A stretch of 42,207 nucleotides of DNA from Octopus sinensis. Taxonomy: Eukaryota. This document shows, piece after piece, positions 1 to 12,332 of the stretch. Both the position numbers and the translations under genes were made by a program. The stretch is taken from contig NW_021835161.1 in the NCBI RefSeq assembly GCF_006345805.1, positions 1-42,207 of the forward strand, in the 5' to 3' direction. Each line of letters begins with the position of its first letter. The stretch's first letter is position 1. The notes under the pieces were generated by a model. That model did not search any database. It worked only from the letters and a program-made list of their open reading frames with translations, and had not been told where the DNA came from.

Positions 1-757
1 TTAAATAAAGTCAGTTGATGGAGCAGAAACACTTATTTGAAGCACTTTTGTAAATTTAATTCCATAGATGCTATGATGTCAATAAACTTCAACAACAACC
101 GACATTGAAACGAAATAATAATGGTTATAAACAGGGACTATGTTGTGTATGTATAGTCATTGAGACGCCGAAGTATATAAAGTATACTCTAGATAATTAA
201 CCTAAAGTGTTAAGCCGCAAACCAAGTTTAAACACAAGGGTTTCAGTTGGTGAGCAGAAAAGCCAGTTTTATTAGTGAAAAGCGCTAATGATATGTCACG
301 TCTTTCAAATTCTTACACCTTCTCACTTTTCCTTCTTTCATCCTGTTTCTGTCTGCATGTCGTTTAAAACCACAAGAGACCACGCAAAGCATGGGGTTGC
401 TTATACTCAATAGAAAAAAATTCAGATAAATATTTACATATTTAAAGAGAAATGTATGTCTACACACAAATGTACTTAACTAAAATATTCCATGCATTCG
501 CAGTGAAATGAATGAAAGTATCAGAACATATTTGTCTACGCCACTACTTAAACATACACATATCCGGTAACTTATAGAAACAGATACATATGCAAGTATA
601 TATGTATATACATATAACCCTACTCAAATAGAATTACACATACAGACTGTTATATGTATAAACAGTTTAAAAGTTATTTAAGGGAAGTATGTACAAGAGA
701 AATTTTCCTTCCAAAAACAGAAAACAGAAATATATATACTTCCATATAATTCTCTAG

Positions 758-1146
758 CTTTTATCTTTTAGCCTTTATGTGTTTCAGTCATTTGACTGCG
801 CCCATGCTGGGGCATCGCTTTGAGGAATTTTAGTCGGACAAATCAACACAAGTACTTACGTTCGTAATTACTTACCTCGTAATTATTCTCATGGTCTCTT
901 GAAGAACTCCTAATTTATTGGGACGTAAACATGCAAGCACCGGTTGTCAAGCTATGGAGGGAGACAAACACTTACAAACATGCACTTATGTGTGTACGTG
1001 TGTGTGTGTGTATAGGGCTTCTTTGTGATTGCGTCCACCAAATCCATTTACAAGGTTTTGGTCTGCACGAGGGTGATAGAAAAGGCTTACCAAAGCCCAA
1101 GGTACAGCGCATTGGGACTGAAAACAGAACCATGCGGTTCGGAAGC
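758..1146 (-). mobile_element. SINE, working family A (tRNA-like head, internal microsatellite, tail), degenerate
   Basis: Reverse complement of the family A head at about 1010-1146 and of the tail at about 758-975 (gtttcagtcatttgactgcg..catgctgg), separated by (GT)n; same layout as the + copies at 4167 and 18924. Confidence 0.75.
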
Positions 1147-1164
1147 ATATATATTATATATATA

Positions 1165-1217
<53 letters not shown>

Positions 1218-1252
1218 CCAGCTAGCTATCCATCCGGCTATCCATCCATCTA

Positions 1253-1322
<70 letters not shown>

Positions 1323-1460
1323 CATCGATCGATCGATCGATCTCTGTCTCTGCTCCCCACTCTCTGTATATGTGTGTGTATGTTTCTGTATGTATATATG
1401 TGTGCGTGCGTATGCGTGCGTATGCGTGCGTTTGTGTTTGTGTGAATGTGTGTGTGTATA

Positions 1461-1521
<61 letters not shown>

Positions 1522-1548
1522 GTTTATATACATACGTACATATATATA
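1147..1548. repeat. Compound microsatellite (TA)n/(TATC)n/(GT)n/(CT)n
   Basis: Directly visible; source of ORFs 931..1602, 1025..1225 and 1446..1682. Confidence 0.97.
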
Positions 1549-1945
1549 GGCGCAGGCGTGGCTGTGTGGCAAGAAACTTGTTTTCCAGCCACATGTCTCT
1601 GACTTTCTGGGTTCAGTACCACTGCCTGACATCTTGGGTAAGTGTCTTCTACTGTAATTTCGGGCCGGCCAAAGCTTTCTGAGTGGATTTGATTCACGGA
1701 AGCTGAGAGAATCACGTCCTATATATACATATATATGCATAAGTCTATGTGTGTCTGTCAATATGTCTGTGTTTGCCTTCCTCGACCGCTCGGCAACCGG
1801 TGTTGGTGTGCTTACGTCCCCGTAACTTAGCCGATCAGTAAGAGGAAGCCGATAGAATAAATACCATGCTTTAAAAAAAAGTCCTGGTGTCAATTTTTTT
1901 CCACTGAAACCCTTCAAGGGGATGCTCAACATGGACGCAGTTTCT
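1549..1945 (+). mobile_element. SINE family A
   Basis: Head ggcgcaggcgtggctgtgtgg..gggttcagtaccactg..gtgtcttctact, short (TA)/(TG) insert, tail cttacgtccccgtaacttag..gatagaataa. Confidence 0.85.
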
Positions 1946-1950
1946 TGAAG

Positions 1951-2056
1951 ATATTAATCTCAATAGGGATATAATGAAACAAGATGGCGCCGCGGACAAT
2001 TCATACAAGTAAACGATAAAAAAAAAAATATCATATGTATATATTTGTTATATATA

Positions 2057-2112
<56 letters not shown>

Positions 2113-2167
2113 GTAATGTATGTATATATATATTTATATATATATATATATATATATATTATGTATA

Positions 2168-2203
<36 letters not shown>

Positions 2204-2421
2204 TGTATGTATGTATGTATGTTGTATGTATATATTCTTGTGTCTGTGCGTGTGTATGTGAGACTGTGTCCGGGTGCTTCAGTACGCTTGTTATATAAAG
2301 TTGAAAGTTTTCAGTGCAGCCTAAGGGCAGGCAACTATTCATCGGGGGAAATATTTTACTGGAAGATTTCATATTAATCCCAATAGGGTTATAATGAAAT
2401 AACACGGCGCCACGGACAATT
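1951..2421 (+). repeat. 51-bp direct repeat pair (1951-2001, 2371-2421)
   Basis: atattaatctcaatagggatataatgaaacaagatggcgccgcggacaatt vs atattaatcccaatagggttataatgaaataacacggcgccacggacaatt; 45/51 identical, offset 420. Confidence 0.85.
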
Positions 2422-2645
2422 GAATTTTTACATAAAATCCTGCGTTTGTATATTTTGCCGTCTGTTCTTTCAACTCCTATCTATCTATCTATCTATCTGT
2501 CTGTCTATCGGTCTGTCTGTCTATGTAAATCCTCGTTTCTTCTCCCCTCGTTCCTCACTGTGTGTCTGTGTGTGGGTATCCATGTACACATATACTCATA
2601 TACATACATACATACATATATGTATACATACACACATATACATGA

Positions 2646-2702
<57 letters not shown>

Positions 2703-2736
2703 GTGTGTGTGGTGTGTGTGTGTGTGGTGTGTGTGT

Positions 2737-2984
2737 GGAGGCGCGTGGTTTAGTGGTTAGGGTGTCAGCACCATGATCGTAAGGTTGTGGTTTCGATTCC
2801 TGGACCGGGCGACGTGTTGTATTCTGGAGCAAAACACTTCATTTCACGCTGCTCCAGTCCACTCAGCTGGCAAAACTGAGTAACGCTGCGATGGACTGGC
2901 GTTCCGTCCAGCTGGAGAACACACGCCTTAGAAACCGAGAAACCGGGACCATGAGACTGGCTAGGCTTTAAATGGGCGCGCATT
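2737..2984 (+). mobile_element. SINE family B (tRNA-derived, CORE-like centre), full length
   Basis: A box tggtttagtgg, B box gtttcgattcc, centre gagcaaaacacttcatttcacgctgctccagtccactcagctgg; homologous minus copy at 8712-8960. Confidence 0.88.
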
Positions 2985-3094
2985 TATATATATATATATA
3001 ATATATACATATATATATATCTATATATATATACATATATATATGCGTGTGTGTGTGTGTGTGTGTATGTGTGTGTATATGTATATATAAGATA

Positions 3095-3132
<38 letters not shown>

Positions 3133-3150
3133 GTTGTGTGTGGTATATAG

Positions 3151-3243
<93 letters not shown>

Positions 3244-3246
3244 ATA

Positions 3247-3277
<31 letters not shown>

Positions 3278-3385
3278 CACATATATATACATATATACTT
3301 CTCCTAACTAGTTCTGTAGCTGTCTGTCCATCAATATATTTCTCTGCTTTTCTATCTTGGATCTGTTTCCATATCCTCCCTCCCC

Positions 3386-3445
<60 letters not shown>

Positions 3446-3891
3446 TCTGCGTACATGTCTGCGTATATGTAGGAAAATGCACTCACTCATCTTTATTTCT
3501 ATGTATATGTGTGAGTATATATATTTATTTATATATATATATATTCCCATATCACTCACACACACGCACGCATTTAGTCTCTCTCTGTCTCCATCTCTTT
3601 CTTTTCTTTCACCTTTCCTCTCACTCTCCCTGTTTTGTAATCCACGTCTATAACTTCAGCACATTGCATAAGTACTAAAGCATAGATCTTCTCGCCGACA
3701 CGAGGAGACAAACAAACTTGGCACAGAACTTCAGAGAATCAGTGACGTTTTCAGATTTCAATGTAAACATGAGAGTTACAAAGAGCATAACACCAACAAT
3801 CGTCGTAGAATCATTGTAATGGTAGACAAAATACGTAACGATGGTAGATTGATTAACTAGGAGGAGATGTGGAGAAAATATCAACATATGT

Positions 3892-4036
3892 GCAGGCAAG
3901 GCTGTGTGGATAAGAAAATAGATTCCCAAACATGCGGTCATGTTCAGTCCCACTATGCGACATGTTGGGTAAATCTTTTCTGCTATTGCATCGGGCCAAC
4001 CAAAATACTGCGAGTGGAATCGGCAAACAGAAAGAG
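3892..4036 (+). mobile_element. SINE family A head, degenerate
   Basis: ggctgtgtggataagaa..tgttcagtcccact..gggccaaccaaa..gagtggaat aligns to the family A head. Confidence 0.7.
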
Positions 4037-4166
4037 AGGGATGGATGGCTAGTTAGATGGATAGATAGATGGCTAGATAGATAGATAGATAGAGAGATAG
4101 ATAAAATAGAGAGATAGAGAGATATATGTGTGTGTGTTTGTATGCATACATACATATATTTATGTA

Positions 4167-4324
4167 GGCGGAGGAGAGGCTGTGTGGTAAGTAGCTTGCT
4201 TACCAACTAAACGGTTCTGGGTTCAGTCATACTGCCTGGCACCTTGGGCAAGTGTCTTCTACTATAGCCTTATGAATGGATTTGGTAGACGGAATTGAAA
4301 GAAGCCCGTTATATGTGTATATGC

Positions 4325-4396
<72 letters not shown>

Positions 4397-4577
4397 TTGT
4401 AAATATGTTTGTCCCCCCGATGCTGGTTTGTATACGTCCCCGTAACGTAGTGGTTCGGAAAAGAGGCCGATAGAATAAGAAATATGCTTACAAAGAATAT
4501 GTCCTGGGGTATATCTGTTCGACTAAATGCGGTGCTCCAGTATGGCCGCAGTCAAATGACAGAAATAAATAAAAGAG
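4167..4577 (+). mobile_element. SINE family A, full length
   Basis: Head gggttcagtc..ggcaccttgggcaagtgtcttctactatagcc, internal (TA)n(TG)n, tail ending gtcaaatgacagaaataaataaaagag. Confidence 0.88.
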
Positions 4578-4902
4578 TTACAGAGTGTATATATGTATAT
4601 ATAGAGAAACAGAGATTGAGAGAAAGGGAGAAATATATATAGTTATATGCATAAAAATATTAAATGATTGGGTTGTTTGATATACAAAATTTATATATGT
4701 GTACATGTAAAAAGAAAGAAACCAAAGATTGAATATACACACACATACACCACCAACACCACATAGACACACGCAGATCTACAAGTAGATGTAGGAATAA
4801 ACAAGTTCGAGAGGGCAAATGTGCTTATCCCTACATTGACTTCTATGTCCGATCAAGTTTAAATCACTTGACCACTACCAACAGTATTCTATATGGAGAA
4901 CT

Positions 4903-5181
4903 AATGTCATTTATTGCATCTCCTACTCTTTTTGCCCTTCTCTGTACATCGGTCAAACAGGACGCCGCTTGGCCGACCAGTTCGCGGAGCAACTCCGTGA
5001 CATCAGACTCGGAAGTGACACCCCGGTCTTGCACCGTATCCGCTATACTGGACATTCACTACAGCACCTGTCTGTGTTCAGATTGTTTTCATACAGGGGC
5101 CATACGGTCACTCGCCTTCGCCGTGAAGGGGAATTAATATTCTCTCTTTGCTCTTCTGTGCTACATGGGGTCAACTCCCCT
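4903..5181 (+). pseudogene. GIY-YIG endonuclease fragment of a Penelope-like element
   Basis: Frame of ORF 4969 extended upstream reads NVIYCISYSFCPSLYIGQTGRRLADQFAEQLRDIRLGSDTPVLHRIRYTGHSLQHLSVFRLFSYRGHTVTRLRREGELIFSLCSSVLHGVNSP: VIY/YIG motifs, R..F.E(H), TGH, E..LI and HG.N as in PLE endonucleases. No RT upstream; a conserved His appears replaced. Confidence 0.88.
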
Positions 5182-5600
5182 CCTTTCCTCATCGACCACT
5201 TTTCATCTTACTCTCCTTCTCTCCTCTCTTTATTGATACCGCATCCGCCACACCCCTACCCGATCTGCACTTCACGTTCACATTACCACCCTCATCCCTC
5301 ATCCACATCCCTAGACCACCCCACCCACACCCACACCCTTATTACACCATCCTACACTACTCCAGACACACTAGCACTGAACACTTCCAAGCACCCGCTC
5401 CACACACCATCATCCACATGCCCACACGTTACAGACGCACACACACGCGCATAAATCCACACACACATACACACACATATGTATATATATATAATTTCAA
5501 TGCGAAGCAAATAATTCACGAGAAAATAATTTGGGAAGATATCATTGACTCTATTATTATCTAGTGTAACAATTATAATATATGCTTCATATATATATAT

Positions 5601-5680
5601 GTCGATTTCTTTGACTAAACCCTGTAAGGCGATGGTCCAGCACGACCCCAGTCCAGTGGTTGAAGCAAATAAAAGATAAG
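5601..5680 (+). mobile_element. SINE family A tail remnant
   Basis: gtcgatttctttgactaaa..aaggcgatggtccagca..aaataaaagataag. Confidence 0.6.
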
Positions 5681-5823
5681 TGATAAGATTGGATGATTAG
5701 TAGAATATGAAAAACGATGGTCAAATTATCCCGCAAGTATTATGAACCATCGTAGAGAAAATGTCCGCCATGAATGATAAATTAGTGGAATATATAAAAC
5801 GATTGACAAATTTCCATACTCGG

Positions 5824-5965
5824 GGTGGTTTCGTGTTGGTAGAATAGCTAGTAGTGGACTAAATGCCTTGTGATATTTAGTGATATAAATATACGTTTTG
5901 ATTACTGATTCCGTTGAGATGAATTTAACTTTCATCCTTCTAGGGTTGATAAAGATAAAGTAAAT
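5824..5965 (+). mobile_element. SINE family C, highly degenerate
   Basis: ttccgttgagatgaatttaactttcatccttctagggttgataaa aligns to ttccgccgaggtcgactttgcctttcatcctttcggggtcgataaa. Confidence 0.55.
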
Positions 5966-6366
5966 ATCATCCTAAAACTAGAATTGATTCTATCGAATAC
6001 TTCTTCTTCCTCTAAAGGATTTGTAGAACGGTGCTTATATTAGAACTCAAAGCGATTAAGATTTGGAACATTTCAGATTTATCGGTAAGAATGTTTAAGT
6101 TCTTGGTAAAGCTTTTGATAAATTGTAAGAACCGATAATGTTTGTGATTTGTGAGGATTATCTGTGGTTTCCAGAGGGTTTAGTGGAATCGGAGATAAAT
6201 CTGCTAATCAAACGGATGTTGCTCTATCGTGTGTAGATTTTAGATTTCGCACCCGAAGAACCAGAGTGGATCAACAGAAGAAGACACCAAGCCATCGACT
6301 TTACGTTGATACTGTTGTTTCTAATGAGAGTGAGGTGGCTGTAGAGATATCAGTTTGCAATGCCTC

Positions 6367-6685
6367 GTGGTACTCCGTCGGTTGTGACGATAAGTGTTCT
6401 AGTTGCTTCGGTCGACCGAACAGCCAGCTCGTAAAATTAACGCGCATGTAGTTGAGCACTCCACAGACACGCGTACCTTTAACGTAGTCACCAGGTAAAT
6501 TCAGCGTGATACAGTGTGTAATAAGGTTGGCCCTTTGAATTACTGGTACAACTAATTTTAGCCAGTTGAGACGACTAGAGTTATGTGAAATATAGCGCCT
6601 TGCTCATGGACAGAAGGCACAGGCGGGGATAGAACTCCCGCCTTTAATATCGAGAGTCAAATACTAGTAAACCAGGCACCTTCAC
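6367..6685 (-). mobile_element. SINE family B variant (alternative tail ending ...accgacggagtaccac)
   Basis: 6560-6685 is a decayed reverse complement of the B head and centre; 6367-6555 is a different tail. Confidence 0.65.
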
Positions 6686-6767
6686 ATGTTTCCGGAAATA
6701 TAACAGCGGTTTCTTACCGTACTGGGATGTAAGCGCTAAATAAAAGCCCAAAGAAAGCAAGAAAAGA

Positions 6768-7241
6768 AATGACGATGAACAGTTGTATGGTTTGAACTAA
6801 GCTTTATTGCCAATTATTCAACTGATAATGCAGGAGTTTCTTCAAGTAATGCTTCAAGGAGCTTATCATCAAACTCAACTGGACGTTCTCTTCGATCTTC
6901 TTGTTCAAGGCTAAAATCTCCACTTATGAATTTTGCAAACCATCTTCTGCAAGTTCTTTCATTCAAGCATTCCTTCACATAAACTGAGTGTATGTTTCGA
7001 GTCGCTTCGGCTGCAGAGTTTCCTATTTCTACTCATAAATCATTTTGTGCCTCAAATGCTCTTTGGATACTTCCATGCTAGAATTTTAATTCTATTATTC
7101 TGTGAAATAATATTTAATTAGTTTAAATGTACTCAAATGCATAAAAATAATTTTTAATTCCATTAGACATTCTAAAATACTATCAAAATTCATTCAATTT
7201 TAAAAAAAGATAAGTCGGACAGAACTTATGGGATGACCTGA
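6768..7241 (-). mobile_element. Mariner DNA transposon, left end plus transposase N-terminus (pseudogene)
   Basis: TA|TCAGGTCATCCCATAAGTTCTGTCCG terminus at 7241. ATG at 7076 then MEVSKEHLRHKMIYE*, a frameshift, and GNSAAEATRNIHSVYVKECLNERTCRRWFAKFISGDFSLEQEDRRERPVEFDDKLLEALLEETPALSVE*LAIKLSSNHTTVHRH, the mariner double-HTH region. Truncated before the catalytic domain. Confidence 0.92.
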
Positions 7242-7401
7242 TATATATGTATACCTATGTATGAATGTATACGTATATATATACATAAATGTATACAAAT
7301 ACACATATATGCGTATATACTACATGTATACCTACATTTACATACAGACAGTCACACAAACACATAGGCACACACACACATGCATATATATGTATATCTA
7401 T

Positions 7402-7442
<41 letters not shown>

Positions 7443-8232
7443 TGTTCGCCTATGTTGCTATATATGAATACTTCTGTTATTTTTTGAGGGGTGGGGGGTT
7501 ACGGTACGTATATATTCTTCCGAAAATTCATGCACTAATACAGTAGCATTGGCAATTAAGCAACGTAATGAAGTCACCATAATTAAAATTTAAACATTTT
7601 AAAACTTCATTTTACAAAATTCACCATTAATAAATTTCTTTTCTCTCTATTTACACATTTCTTTACATTTCATCTATTCGTCGTCATTTACGATCTTCGT
7701 CATCCTTCTCCTACTCCTCCTGCTTCTCCTCTTCCTCCTCCTTCTTGTTATGATTATATTTTATCTAGCGATTTTTATTATTTCCTAATTACTATAATGA
7801 CTTCCTCTTATTACTTAACTCCTCAATACTGTTATTTTAATTGGCTCCGTTCAGCTTGAATTTATAAAACGTAAACATATCTGTTGCCACACTTTATAAT
7901 TCACAACCTAAGTATTCTAATATATCCACATGCAAACAAATTTAATAGCTAGTACAAACACAATTTTCCAACTGTTTTGTCTATATAGCAACTAATCGCC
8001 CCAAACCTAGTAACTTAAACAGTGCAGAAGGCGGTATAGTCATCTCTCTTGTGATTTAGAACGTGTTATTGGAATTATCTGAAGTGTGTTTGACACCAAT
8101 GTATGTCATAGGACATCAATAGAGAGATAGGGTTTCACACATTACGAGAACTCTGAAGGTTTTGCTCTGAGCCCTCTGTGCATTGATATATGTGTGTATG
8201 TCTATGTCAGTGTATCTGTGATATATACATAT

Positions 8233-8271
<39 letters not shown>

Positions 8272-8668
8272 TACACACAAACATATATATTTACATGTAT
8301 ATATTTACATATATATGTAACATTTATATGTATATAAAACATATATATGTAATACGTATACATATATACGTATACATTTCATTTAATTTTGTTTATACTT
8401 ATATAAACGAACGCGATTATTTATAATAAATGTAATGGAGCTACACCAGTGCTTCCTAATATGTATTGTTTCAAAGAATCGTACCATTGTACCCACTGCG
8501 AAATAGCTTTTTATGAGTGTTAAATAAATAAATATATATATATTATAATATATATATTATATATATATGTGTGTGTGTGGTGTGTGTGTGTAAGATATAT
8601 ATATATAAATGTGCAATATATATATGTATATGGTGTTGTACGTGCGTGTCTAGTATTTCTGTAAATGG

Positions 8669-8699
<31 letters not shown>

Positions 8700-8711
8700 T
8701 AAAATAAATAT

Positions 8712-8960
8712 AAACGCGCCCTTTTAAAGCCTAGCCAGGACCATGGGCCCGGGTTCCCGGTTTCTATGGCGTATGTGTTCCCCACCTAGACGGGAGGCCG
8801 ATCCGTCGCAGCGTTACTCATTTTTGCCAGCTGAGTGGACTGGAGCAACGTGAAATGAAGCGTTTTGCTGAAGAACACAACACATCGGACGGTCCTGGAA
8901 TCGATACCACAATCTTACGATCATGATGCTGACACCCTAACCACTAAGCCACGCGCCTCC
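8712..8960 (-). mobile_element. SINE family B, full length
   Basis: Reverse complement aligns end to end with 2737-2984. Confidence 0.9.
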
Positions 8961-9000
8961 ACCTATTTGTATATATGTGTATGTGTGTATATATATATAT

Positions 9001-9139
9001 GTATCTTTCTGTTGAAGAGCGTAGGCTCGAAACGTTAAAGACTTGTTTTATTTATATTTCCTGAGCGCCATACTAATGCAATTGTTTGTTTGTTTCCCAC
9101 CTGCCTTCGTATTTTGTCTATTTTCATAAAGCTTCCCGT
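9001..9139 (+). mobile_element. Non-autonomous Penelope-like terminal (pLTR-type) fragment in (TA)n
   Basis: Homologous to 23832-23970 (minus); contains a hammerhead motif; both copies end against (TA)n. Confidence 0.75.
9004..9041 (+). ncRNA. Minimal type I hammerhead ribozyme motif (A6U core variant)
   Basis: UCUUU-CUGUUGA-A-GAGC(guag)GCUC-GAAA-C-GUU^-AAAGA: 5-bp stem I, 4-bp stem II, palindromic AACGUU stem III. Confidence 0.78.
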
Positions 9140-9156
9140 TATATATATATATATAT

Positions 9157-9189
<33 letters not shown>

Positions 9190-11624
9190 GTGTGTGTGTG
9201 TGTATATATATATATATGAATATTTGCGTATATTTTGTTAGTTGATAATTTCCCTGCAGCGCGGTACACTTAGTTGCGTGTAGAACTTTGAATCCAGAGA
9301 ACTGTTAACCAAAATGAGAATGTAAAATCGTTTGTTTCTTTGATAATTCTTATCAAGAATACAATTGAGTAAATTCCGAAATATCAGTTACTTACAAATG
9401 AAAGAGATATGCAACGTGGACTGCACTATAACTTCGATAACTTGACGATAACTTCAGATATGTTTTAGCATTATTGAAACTCAGTAAAGTATAGTCAGTA
9501 AAATAGAGTCAACACTTCTCAACAAATTTTAAGTTGCTTTTATCTTCTGTTTAGTCAAGGAAATAAAGGCAATGCCCATAATCCATTGATTTTCTCTCGT
9601 CATGTAAAAATCTGGTACAAGGTCTTCATGGTTCAAAATGTTACATTTTACTCAACCTGATAGTATTTGGTGTGTACTTATTAATTTTGTTTATCCTAAT
9701 CGCAGCTTAGAATTTGTTTTCGTCTGTGTTTCTTCTGTTTTTACTCCCTGTCTCTCTCATTCTCCTCTTTCTCTCTCTCTATCTCTATCTCTCTCTCACA
9801 AACACACACTGTCTTTCTCTTTGTGTCTCTCCTAGTAAATAATCACCCGAGCAAATAATTCCTGCCTTCTCCTTGTGGGAAATACTTCAAGGCAACCCAC
9901 CGCAACAATCTCCGGTTCACGCCATGCAAGAGTAGCTGCAGTGAGAACGTAACAGATAATTTTTTCTAACATATCGGGTCGTCTACGGCTTAACTAGCGA
10001 CCCCACAGAACATGCTTTGTGTAGAGGGTTTTTCCCTTGATGTTTGGTCACACTGCAGGTCAAAAAAGTACAACCTGTCTAAGAGTGGATAGAGTCTAAT
10101 AGTTTGATGGCCTAAAAATCTTCTTTACTGCCAAACTAAAACATTTTGTTTAATATAATTTAATCGACTTCAGAAATTTAGCCGAAAAAAAGACGAGACT
10201 CGATTGCGAATGAATAACAAATTTGCCAAATGTAAGAAGAAAAGTTTTAAGTAAAAAAGAAAGAAAACTACCGGATGATTTTAACTAAACAGGCAAATAT
10301 TAAAGATGATAAATTCTAAGCTAAAGCAATAGAAATTAGTAACACTACAGGAGAACATAGCATATACACAAACAGCAGAAGAAGAGAACTAAACGCCATG
10401 CAGTAGAGCTGAAATAACAATCAATGCCTAACATAACACTGCCAAGTAGTAATAACAGGAAAGAAACATTAGCGCCAATGCAAATGAATGAATGCAGTGA
10501 TGTAGAAAATGTGGTAGACAAAATTGAACAAAAATTTGAAGAGGAGAAACTTTTATAAATCGAAGATAGACATAAAACTGCAAAAACCATGCAGCATAAA
10601 AACAGAGAGCGAACCAAAGAAGTTAACCGTGAACTAGAAATAATTTGAGTGCAAATAAATGAAATAAATATTAAGGATTTTTTTTAAATGTACGTCACAG
10701 TGCTCTTTACTTAACAGTGAAGCCAGCAGTCTTCGAAATAAGGGGTTAGATTAGAAACGCTAAAACAGATCCTGATTGGAAGTAAATGGTTCAGTGAGAT
10801 AAGTCGCAAGAGTATTTGAAATTCAAAAAGTACAGGATTTGAATACCAATTTAGGAAATGAAAGCTAAATCAAGAAGACTAAAGGAATATAAAACATAAA
10901 TCTAGCCATTCAACCAAATACTTCGATATGAGAAAGGCCATTTTAAGTTAAGGAAATAATATAATAATACATGTGAGGAGTCCACAAAGTAAAGTAGAAA
11001 TATTTTTGAAGAAAATATTGGAAATAGAAAGGCTACTTAAAACAGAGGAACTGGCAGAGGGAATAGTAAACACTATATAAGGTCACCATATGATACATGT
11101 ATTATAGCGAAAACTATATTGGAAGTTATGCGAGAATAAGACTATTAGAAATCACAGAAAGACAAAATCCAAAATTCTTGAATAAAGCAGCAACATGGCT
11201 TACATCAAAATATGATCAAATTCAATTAATTTGACCATATTTATTATAAAATTATAATCTATTTAATATGTTTAATAAAATTTTCAACAAAAAAAAATAA
11301 AATAAAAGAAACTCACAGTAAAACAGAACCTAAAATCCAGACGCCAGTTATATGAATGTCTAACTTCATTGACACAAAATACGAATGTCTAACTATCATT
11401 GGCACTAAATACGAATAGTCAAAATAAGAATAGTCTACTTATAGACTAGAGGAACTGCGGAACTAGCTGTAAAGATTACCAACTCATAGAGAGAAAAAAA
11501 ACGAAAATTAAAACTACACGTAGAAACTAAAGGATTTACATCATCGGGATAAACTACTAAAATGTAACGCATTAATGAATATTCGAATTATTTGGGTTCT
11601 TTTTATCTTCTACTTAATATTTGC

Positions 11625-11935
11625 TCTAGTCATTAGACTGCTTTGTAGAATATTAGTCGAACAAGTGGTCCTCAGTACTTAACATTTTAAAGCTTGGTCC
11701 TTATCATTTTGCCGAACCACTAGGTTATGAAGATGTAAACATACCAACACCAGTTGGTAAGAGCAGCGTTTGGAGTCAAACACGTACACACACACACACA
11801 CACACACAATCTACCAAATCCACTCTCCAAGCTTTTGGTTGGCCTGGGGCTATTGAAGATTCTTGGCCAAGGTGCCACACAGTGGCACTGAACCCAGAAT
11901 CATGTGATTGAGAAGCTAATTCCTTATCACACAGA
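11625..11935 (-). mobile_element. SINE family A, degenerate
   Basis: ctaccaaatccact..ccaaggtgccacacagtggcactgaaccc is the reverse-complemented head; tail lies left of a (CA)n insert. Confidence 0.75.
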
Positions 11936-12121
11936 GACGCAGGCGTGACTGTGTGCCACAAATTAAACACAGTGATAATTGAGTATGTACAAAGTAGCAC
12001 AATATATTTAACAATCAATGAAATTAAGAATAATATACAAATTGAATGAAATTTCTAAGAAGTGAATATTGTAAGATATATTAAATTATTATTGAAAGAA
12101 TTAAAGACTAAAATATTCTTT

Positions 12122-12332
12122 TTAACTCTAGGCACACTGCCCGAAATTTTAGGGGAAGCGGCCAAGTTGATTAGAACGACTCCAGTACGCAACTGGTACT
12201 TAATTTATCGACCCCGAAAGAATGAAAAAAACAAAGTCGATCTAGGCGGAATTTTAACTCAGAACGTAAAGTCAGACGAAATACTGCTCAGCATTTCGCC
12301 CGGCGTACTGACGTTTCTGCCTGATCGCCGCC
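12122..12332 (-). mobile_element. SINE family C with tail 2
   Basis: Reverse complement of ggcggcga..ttagcacgccgggcgaaatgc..ctgagttcaaattccgcc..aagtaccagttgcgtactgg..aaatttcgggc..gtgcctagag. Confidence 0.85.

Noticed and set aside
3679-3810. Open frame SIDLLADTRRQTNLAQNFRESVTFSDF... as a terminal exon
   Set aside because: No good acceptor in frame, no recognisable homology, only about 45 codons.
5970-6330. Possible PLE RT-linker similarity on the minus strand (KNLNILTDKSEMFQIL)
   Set aside because: Resemblance too weak and interrupted by stops to call.
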